Shown here: in pieces, positions 55,187 to 64,000 of the stretch | Position numbering within the stretch: position 1 is the first letter of the stretch | Layout of the letters: each line of letters begins with the position of its first letter | Notes under the pieces: model-generated | Told to the model about the DNA's origin: nothing | The model's database searches: none | The model's input: the letters and a program-made list of their open reading frames with translations, nothing else | From: Ascidiella aspersa | Taxonomy: Eukaryota | DNA length: 64,000 nt | Assembly: GCA_963924565.1 (NCBI GenBank) | Contig: OZ004611.1 | Span: 22,754,001-22,818,000 of the forward strand | Reading direction: 5' to 3' | Program-made: the position numbers and the translations under genes

Positions 55187-56754
55187 TCATGAACCTGGAT
55201 TGTCGAGAATCTTGTATATATGTTTTTATTCAGCATTCTGTTTGAACTTCGATTGTGTTACCAGGTTTTTAATCATGCAGCTCTGTGAAGCTTTTCGTTT
55301 TTATTTTTCCTCTACTTTTTTCAGGTTAATTTTGTATTTCCACAAGTTCTCAAGAAATTGTGCATTGCCTTGTTTTCACTACTTGCTGTGATTAAGTTCA
55401 ATTTAATTCTTCACTTTGTTTTAAAACTTTTTATGTTTTCCCACTGTTTTGCATATAAACTGTGTATTGATTTTACTGTGTTTTTACCGTTTTAATACAA
55501 CTTCGTTCCTTTGCTTATTTTCAGACTTTATATAATGAGCAAGATTCGTTTGCAAGAACATTATTCTTCATAGCCTATGTTAAAACATGTAAAAAACTGC
55601 TCCTATTTTAGATGGTTTTACATTTCCTGAACTAATATTGTCGTCAGGGTGAAAATCCATTTTTTCAAGCTCCATTTATCTGCAACTAGCAATTTACGAT
55701 ACGTGGGATTTATTTGTACAACCTATATGACATGTTTTGGAAAACGTCCGGCTGTCCGTACCGATACCAAATGGCGTCTTTTCCAGGTTTATTAAACCAA
55801 CAATTTAGTTTGGCATGAAGACAATAATTTTCTTCAGTTGTTTAAGCTTTGCGAAAAGAAATCGCCGTGTTCGCCGCAAATACCGCTAGAATACCTACGT
55901 TTTATCAATTTGGTGCCAGATCGGCAACGATACATACCATTTTAGGTTTAGTATCAGGCGATTACCGTTACTACACGATCTTATAATATTATAAAACATG
56001 CTAATATCTAACTATCATAAAGCCAAATGGAGACAGTGTCAAACAAACACTTAAAATTTATAAAATACAGACCGAACCGGTGTTAACCAGACGGTTGACG
56101 AAGAGCACAAAAGTGAAAAATAAGAAAACTAATATGGCCGAGGTTTCTTAATTTTCAACTTAGCTTAGCAACGTAATTTTTAAAAAATATCATCGTTCCA
56201 GTGATAAAATTATTCTACTTACATTCCTGTATTCGGATGTAGGCTATAACTTTACCCCTAAAATAACAATTAACTTGTTTTGTCTGCATTCGAAAGAGCA
56301 TGTATGACAAAATTAGGTCATTTCGGCAATATTCTCAGTGCTAATTAGTTTACTTTTGTGTTGAATAAGTGTTGGCAAAATTCAGGTTTGTGTTCGCACA
56401 AGTCCCATATTTCTAATTTGACCTAACACTAGGCCTACACGTACAGGCCTATGCTGTATATACAACGAAAGATGTGCACACATATATGTGTGTTAACAAC
56501 TGAGAGATTGCCCTTCGCTTCTTTTTGGCCAACGATTAGGGCTTATGTATCATTAGTACCGTACACCGAAAGCCATTGCAGACTCACCGAATCTGTTGAT
56601 CAATGATGCAAGCAGGGCAGGCTAGAAAAACAACTAGCTTGCAGTAAGAAAAGCAGCTTTAGAATGGCTAGATCTCAGTTGTTAACACATTTATGTACGT
56701 GCAAATTGTGCATCTTTTATTGTATGGCACTGCGGTGGAACCCTTCAATACGAA

Positions 56755-56922
56755 GTGTAGATCAGTTAGTAGAGCGACGGCCCCGGTATGAGTGGAGGTC
56801 GAGTTCGAACCTCAGTGCAGGCTAGTTGTTTTTCTAGCCTACCCTGCTTGCACCATTGATCGTCAGATTCGGCGAGTCTGCAATGGCTTTTTTATGTACT
56901 ATACTGCATATATTAATAAAAT
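56755..56922 (+). mobile_element. tRNA-derived SINE-like element
   Basis: A-box-like TAGATCAGTTAG (56758-56769) and B-box GTTCGAACC (56803-56811), followed by a body and an A/T-rich tail. An inverted copy of the body lies at 56561-56643. Confidence 0.55.
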
Positions 56923-58462
56923 CTTCCATGAGTTAGGCTGAATCCCCACCGGTTAGACAAAAACGCTTTAAAGCAGTCTGATCGCGACTAATGAGATGGA
57001 ACGCTATTTCTTTTGTTGTCGCGTCCCCAACGACCAGACTTGACGCAAATCTTACGCACAGCAGACAGACACGACTAAACGCGTTTTTAGCGGGATAGCG
57101 CGTGCACTACTTTTTTACCGTGTCTGAAGATGCTTTTTGATAGAAACCATTAGTTTTTTACGGGTTTTTGTAGGTTTTATATTACGAATGTTATTTTAAA
57201 AGGTTAGGCAGGTTATTTTTTTTAAATCCAATAAAATTATATTCCTGGAACGGTCGAAAAGTCTTTTAATTCATATCTTTCTTTTCCATGTATGATTTTA
57301 CTTCTCAATGCAGCGGTGACAACTATAGTGTCAAAATCACAACTGCACCGTACACCACATTTTACACTGGATAACTATCGACAAGTTTTTTAATTAGCCA
57401 CTGATGAAAAAATAAACAAACTTTATGAAAACTAAGTAGTTCGAAACACCAGCAGAAAATACTCGTACTAGACTAGAAGCGCGCAAATCTCCTCATGAGG
57501 TGTATTGTTAAATTGCACAATTGCGTTTACGATTACACAAACGGTGGCACAGGAATTGTTGCAACATATTAAAACAAGTGAACAAGACGTTATATTAAAT
57601 AAAGTTGGAATCTCACGCATTATAAGTCTAACAAGAGGTGGAAAACGATTTTCTTTTATTAAGGAGCGTAATTTTATTATTTATCGTTATATTTGCAGGC
57701 AAAACCCGATGAAATCTCACAGAAATGTAGTTCGGTAAAGGGGTAGTGTTATCAATTACATGGTAGTTTTAGCTTAAAGTAAATGCGTTAGCTTAAATAG
57801 TACGTCAAAAATCGAAGGTAGCTAAGTTTCCCAGCGCTGAAGCAACATTTGACGAATAACCTTAAAAGCATTTCGTTTGCACGTTTATTTTTCTTTAATT
57901 TTCATCGTTTGACTATAGTAATGACGTCATTGGCATAATATCGGACGAATGTAAGTAACGGGTATCTGTAACGGAATAAAAACAAGTATTGGGCGTTCCT
58001 AAACACAGAAGCGTCGGTTAAAAGCAGTAAGGGCATAATTAGGAAACTAAACGCATTTTAAAAATTACAAAATTAAAACGACGGATAAAAAACACGTTAA
58101 GGAACGCAATTAACCTTTGTTTCAAAACTGCATCAAAAAAGAAAAAAATGGAGGACGTCATAATCTTTAGAGCTTGCCTTAATGTACGGGGATAGGTAAA
58201 AGGTTGTTTAGATCTTTTTCTGGCAGTTTGAGGTTTATTCTGAAGGGTTTAGGACTTATTCCGACGTTGTACTGAATTTAGTCCTAATTTGACGTTGATG
58301 TTTTTGTAATTTTCGGTCCGACCCCCGGCCTGTAAAAGTCATCCAACGCAGCAATACTAATCAATGACAATATTGTTGAGGTCCAAATGAAATACGCTCG
58401 CTGAACTTGTGACAGAAAGTCATTCACTATTCAAAGCTATATTTAGCTGAAACAATTATAAA

Positions 58463-58651
58463 CTTGATAATGAATTGCAAAGCCAAAGAGGTCGAGTAGA
58501 TCGACAGCATCTTGATTAAGACTCTAACCGAAGATGATACAAGCTGAATAGTAAATATTATACAAATCAATTGAAGCTGATACAAGCTCTAATCGAATCA
58601 AGATTATGTCAATCTACTCGACCTTTTATGACTTTGCAATTCATTACCAAG
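58463..58651. mobile_element. Inverted pair of the same element family as 4276-4369, hammerhead cores decayed
   Basis: CTTGATAATGAATTGCAAAGCC..GGTCGAGTAGATCGAC..ATCTTGATTAAGAC matches 4276-4334. Its reverse complement lies at about 58596-58651, with decayed cores (CCGAAGATGATACAAGC, TTGAAGCTGATACAAGC) between the arms. Confidence 0.6.
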
Positions 58652-58910
58652 CAACAGATTTGTGCAAACTGCATAATGTACCCAATTTATAAACTTCCTC
58701 GTCCATCTGACAGTTGTCGAGCAAACACGTTTATAATAATTGATACCAGCAGCAACATAATTTCAGCTGTAAATTATAAATTAGTCACCCCTCGAAAATC
58801 ATACAATTACAACAACAACGGATAAAAACACGTTTAGGACTCGAATATATCGTAATTAACAATCGTTCGACTGCCAAAAATCTAAAAAAAATAAAAAGCC
58901 ACCGAGATCT

Positions 58911-61900
58911 TTAGAGCTTGCTTTCGTTTATGTGGCGAAACATTTCCAGAACGTCGCACAGCGCCCTTTTCACGTGGTCGGCGAAAACGTGGAGGTTGGT
59001 CTCTTTCGAGTGGCGCCAAGAGGTCATTGTCAGTATGATGCTTTCGTCCGCGATGCGATAGAAGACGCCGTAGCCGTCGGCCAGCATCGGTGCAACGACT
59101 CCGCTAGACTGCAAGAGCAAAACTTGCAATGAATTTGTTTGTAGTCAATGCGTGTTTAACAGGGTGTCAATGTGACGGACATATGCTGGAGTGAACGAAG
59201 GGAATGAAATAAATTACGCCTATATAGTTTAAATAACAAATTGTGGAGTAAACGCCAACGTTGGGCATTGAAACTTCACTTTTGATTGAACCGGTCGGTT
59301 TTAGCAAGTATACTTTGTTGATATCTAATTCTGCATGAATCGAACCGCGAAATAAACGAATTTGTAATAGAAGTGGAGAAAGTTTGTGTGACAAGCACAA
59401 GCATTGGCATTGAGATTTGTTCTTAAAAGAATTATTGTCGAGGATGAAAAATAGGACAACTTCTCACGAAAACCGACCCCCAAAAAACAGATGTTTTTAA
59501 AATTAATTGTTTTAAGAGCATAACTTGTAATGAATTCGTTTGCAGTTCGCATTTAACAGGGTTGTCAATGTGACTGGCACAGAATAGAGTTCAAGGGTTC
59601 TTTAACTGAGGCAGATGAAACCCTTGGGGTACGTAAACTAGTTTAATGGGGGTCCATGAAGTCCTAATTAAAATATCAATGTATTGTTTAAAAACGGATA
59701 AATTTTATAAAAAAAAGTTTAATATAAATATCCCTTTTTAACCGAAAACAGAAGGTTTCTCAGATCTACTTGCTTTATAATGACTTCTATGGTTCACAGA
59801 CCTAAGTAATTCTCCAGTAACTGTTAACATGCCATTCATCGGTTTATTACAATATAAAAAAACATCAAATAGCAAAGGATGTCTCCTTTTTTAAAAAGCA
59901 AGTATTACGCCTAATAAAACTCGTAAAAGATTCACTCGCTTACTCACGTTAAAAAATCCGACAAAGCTGGTTGAAAGCACGAAGTTCCCGCCGCCACCGC
60001 TCTTGGTGTACATCGGATCCCTGAACAGCTCTGGAAGAGGGGTTCCGGTTTTCTGTTAAATAAGGAAGGCACTTTTGAAAACAGGTTTTTCGAATCGCAG
60101 CCGTGAAAACCCAAAATCCACCATGTTTAATTCTCGTTAAACATAAACAAAAAATCTCTTGTTTCGGATTTTATTTGAGCAAATCAGCAAAACTCGACTT
60201 GACTCCCAAAACAAAAGCCTGTTTTTAAGTCTGAAAAGAGACGCGGATTTAAAATATCTTTCCCGAGATATCTTAAAGACTATAGGCCCAAGTCTAAGAT
60301 GTTGGCTCTGGCCAATTAGACACCATTTTGTAAAGCACGTTGACGTAAACCTCCTAAAACAGTGTTTTTGAATTGAAGCCGTCACAACGAACAATCCACC
60401 ATGTTTAATTGTCGTTTAAAACAAAACTAGATTTTATTTCTCGAGTGTTAAGACCAGATGCAAATCAGCTAAAATCGACTTGACGGGAGTACCCCAAAAC
60501 TAACGCCTGTTTAAGCCTGAAAACAAATGCAAATTTAAAATGTCTTTCCTGAACTATAAGATTTAGTGTCGGGGTCTTTGTGTAAAAAACTGGGCTATAG
60601 TCTAAGATGTTGTTTCTAGACACCGCTTAAGGAAAGCGCGATGACGCAGAATTGCTGGAAAAAGGCTGTTCTGTTTTACAGTATGCCGTAAATGTGGGTT
60701 GTATAAAGTTATATTGAACAAGTTCTCCAAAACAGAGATTAACAAGTCTCCCAAACACGATCGTTCTGGTAATGTATCTGGCCAGGCTTTTAAACTTTTG
60801 CCCTATCGTGAGGCCCTTATCATAATAATCTTAAGGTGACTTTTTATAAAAGTGTAATAAGTTTTCAATATTCATTCTATTGACAATAAAGAACGTCTAG
60901 ATTTGCGGTTAGTTGACAAATTGCCAAAAAAAATCACAAAAAGAGAAAAATTGCCACAAAAAGATTAATTTATTGTACCAGCATACCCACTTACTGCATT
61001 TTTTTATTTATTTTAGGTAAAAACATAGGCTTGTTAGAGTTTGTAGTTTTTTTGTTTGAGGTAAATTTGGCTTTTTTATTTCAGCCTACTGTCAACCCTG
61101 CTTAAAATTAGCAGACGGTCTCACCTCGGCGGCAATAGATAGGCCGAAGAGATGCCGATCGCATCCCCGATTGTTCCTACACTCGTCCATGAGGTAGGCA
61201 AATTTGTCAGATGCCGCTTTGAGCAGCGAGCAAGTGTTGGAGTCAGGCTTGCCACCGGCGTCAATAGCCGCCCTACAGAAGGCCACCGTCTCGGGCGTGC
61301 AAGTCCGGCAGGTCTCGGTACGGCCGTGGTAAAATCTAGAAAGAAGAAGTTACGTTTCTGTTAGATTTTTGCAGTGTTGTAATGACTTAAGTCAATTACA
61401 AACTTAAGTCAGTGTTTTCAAATGACTTGACTTTACTTAAATTCGTTTGGGCAAAATGACTTGACTTGACTTAAGTCTTTCCAACTAATGATTTGACCTA
61501 AGTGCACTTACATTACTGTTTTCAAATGACTTGACTTGACTTGACTTGAGTCTTTTGGGCAAAATGACTTGGGTTGAAAAGAATGACTAAACTTGACTTA
61601 AGTCTTCCAACAAATGACTTGACTTGACTTAAGTCTTTTGAACAAATGACTTGGGTTAGAAAGAATGACTTTACTTGACTTAAGCCTTTCCAACTAATGA
61701 CTTGACTTGACTAAGTCTTCCAACTACTTACTTGAATTGACTCAAGTTTTTTGGACAAATGACTTTGGTTAAAATGAAGCGTTTTCCACTTTTTTATACA
61801 ATTGAGCTATTTATCCTAATTTTATTGCATAAAATACTTTGCTTGCTATATGTTGCGTTTTTCTTATTTTTACTTAGGTTTTTGTTAATTATCGTACAAC

Positions 61901-63929
61901 ATTTAACGATTCAAATTGTTCAACGTTTCTTTTTTATGACAAGGACGTGACTCGAAAATGACTTGCTTAAATTATGACTTCACTTGACTTGGGCAATTGA
62001 TGACAATGACTCTGGGATTTATTCAAAAAGAATTGACTTTGACTTTATTTTACAAATGACTTGACTGAGAATTCGTTTTAAAATAACTTGTTTACAACAC
62101 TGTTTTTTTTTTGCTCGTGAGAAATGGTACAAAAATATTTCGTGCAGGCGTTCAATTTTTTTCAAGCCAAATCTGGTAATAGGATCGAATGTATTTTTAT
62201 CTCGTAATTATAGTATCGTTTATGTTTTAACCTGCCTTCTATTTAATAAACAGTCTGAGATTAAACATAAACAACAGAGATAGCATCAATATTTCTTCTT
62301 TCAATAATGCAGGAAGCAACTAGTTCCGAAAGTCTTTGTATATATGTTTTCTTTTTTCAGTACTTTTTCAGTTTCGGTAAATATGATTGCACCTGAGGTA
62401 AAAAATCGCGGTGAAATACAGCATTAAAGCGATTTAGCTTGTTTAGGAGAGAATTGGTGATTAAAACATATTTGCGAAAACTAAAATTCGGTTTCTGCAA
62501 ACAAACATCAATGAAAGGACAACTTTGGCCAAAAAACGAAAAAACACCTTTTTAAGAGCGCACGCGGTTCCAATGAAGAAAATTACACTTACTGCCTGGT
62601 GGTGGCGGTTTCGTATGTCGGAGCCGGTTTTCCGTGCATCGTCATGTACGCCAGCTGGAAGCTGATTTGCATAATGGCGTCGGGGTATATCTGTGTGTTA
62701 AGATTAACAGTGAGCTTGCTAAACCGCATTTTTATTTAAGTACTTTATGACCTATTTAATTATGTGATCATTGTATGACTTGCGGTCAAAGGTCACTGAG
62801 CACATGGTGCCTTGACATTGTAGTTGTCCTTACGGCATTTGGTGTTACTACCTTGTCGCGGTAGGAGCTCAATTTGTTAGTTACTTGTAAGTGTTTCGCA
62901 ATGATGTTTAACTTACTGATTCTGTTTCTGTTTAATTAACATTGTTTTGTATTGATTCATTCGAATTAAGGAATCCACTTGTTTAAGCCTTTTCGTGTTT
63001 TAATAAATTCCTGTACGTGTACACTGATAAAGACTTCAGTATCGGATCGGATCCATTAGTTTTCATGTGGATGCAAAGTAAGTTTAAAATTGTCGCACAA
63101 CCGGAAGTGTAGGCTTCGCTCCGTTTAATTCGGGGGTTCATAACCTTTATATCATGGTGCACTAACTTCTCACGTTTCTTAAAAAATACGCCCAAGGAAG
63201 GTCTCTGAAGTCCTTATGAAAAGCGCAGATTCGAGTGACGAAAACAAACTGTTTGTGACTCATCAGGGGGGGGGGGGGCGGCCGTTAAAAAACATGCTAA
63301 CTTGTTTTAAAAAAAATCCAATGTACTGCTCTACAGCAGATATTTTAATTTGAAAAGATAAACAAAGCAAAGCATTTTTTAATAGAATGAATGCGCAGCA
63401 GCATTAGCGCAAAGCAAATGGTTAGACGTGAAAGGATTTAAAAGGCAAAATTACGTAAGCCAATACAGTTCGAAAGCGAATTTAACAAGTTTCGTTTAAA
63501 CACGACAATCTATTTCTATTTCTGCTCTGTGCCCTGGCCATGCCTATAAGGGACGTTTATTTTTAGATAAATAGGCATGTTTAGGACAAAAGTTTTGCCT
63601 TCCAAAAATCGATGGACGTCATTCCTGTGGTCAAAACGAGTCGAATGACAAACCATAGCTAGAAAGCCTAGGTCACTTTGCTATCGTATCGCCTGCGCCA
63701 GCTTTATTAGACATCCCATGCATAGTTCACAAACATTGACTTAAAATGGTAATTAGCGAAAAAATTGCCTTAAGTCGTTTCATCTCTTTTTTGCCAAACT
63801 TGGGTAAATCGAAGTGGGTTAACCACAGGTCGTCAGTAAACTTTGCAGTCACTTTTTTTCCCTCTTCGATCGATGCGGCGATTTTCTCATCGACAACGAA
63901 TTCCATCTCTTCGATTTTGCTGATTTCGT
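58911..63929 (-). CDS. CROT: Peroxisomal carnitine O-octanoyltransferase, 5'-partial
   Basis: Exons 63929-63769 (..FGKKEMKRLK, GC donor), 62690-62593 (IYPDAIMQISFQLAY..TYETATTR), 61335-61125 (FYHGRTET..GCDRHLFGL), 60052-59948 (SGGGGNFVLSTS, CROT-specific signature), 59108-58911 (GVVAPMLADGYGVFY..ESKL*). C-terminal PTS1 SKL. Confidence 0.92.
60110..60620. repeat. Degenerate tandem duplication (period about 277 bp) in a CROT intron
   Basis: AATCCACCATGTTTAATT at about 60115 and 60392; GCAAATCAGC..TCGACTTGAC and GTCTAAGATGTTG each twice. Confidence 0.7.
61372..62102. mobile_element. GACTT-repeat MITE with an expanded internal array
   Basis: Same TIRs as 35229-35716; the AATGACTTGACTTGACTTAAGTC unit is amplified over about 61380-61770. 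Confidence 0.8.
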
Positions 63930-64000
63930 CTGAAACATAATTTAAACCAATGGAGTGTACGGGTCTGAATTAGCTGAGTTTTGGACTCACATGAAATTAC

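Noticed and set aside
56755-56825. Possible genuine tRNA gene
   Set aside because: A and B boxes are present, but the acceptor and anticodon stems do not pair cleanly and it runs into a repeat body. Treated as a SINE head.
57124-57150. CTGAAGA...GAAAC hammerhead-like core
   Set aside because: No convincing helix I or II, and no NUH site.
61380-61770. Short repeats with variable spacing resembling a CRISPR array (also 8660-9445)
   Set aside because: There are no unique spacers and no cas genes. The repeats are eukaryotic intronic MITE or minisatellite arrays.
63235-63266. CTGATGAGTCACAAAC-a-GTTTGT on the minus strand with GTGACGAAA on the plus strand
   Set aside because: The two halves of the core are on opposite strands. 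It may be a scrambled relic but cannot fold as a hammerhead.

Overview
AT-rich, intron-dense animal genomic DNA. It looks like an invertebrate chordate such as an ascidian, but that is inference only. Five protein-coding genes were reconstructed by hand from splice sites and reading phase. (1) The 3' part of an atypical Gyc88E/beta2-type soluble guanylyl cyclase (+, 1168-9835) ending in a CaaX box (CALL). (2) A complete SCO1 copper chaperone (-, 6 exons, 305 aa). (3) An essentially complete class II PI3-kinase, PIK3C2A-like (-, 34 coding exons, 20973-51734), with DFA in place of DFG and one GC-AG intron. (4) A Boule/DAZ-like RRM gene with a single coding exon (+), head-to-head with the PI3K. 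(5) The 3' part of peroxisomal carnitine O-octanoyltransferase CROT (-), ending in SKL, with one GC-AG intron. Introns are packed with non-autonomous hAT-type MITEs (many with nnnTAnnn 8-bp TSDs), minisatellites and a tRNA-derived SINE-like element. The most unusual non-coding signal is a set of short elements carrying minimal type-I hammerhead ribozyme motifs (Penelope/retrozyme-like) from three sequence families, usually as inverted pairs. One is a 96-bp-arm hairpin with a 13-bp TSD inside a SCO1 intron. No CRISPR array, rRNA or autonomous transposon ORF was seen. All coordinates were read by eye and may be off by a few bases.
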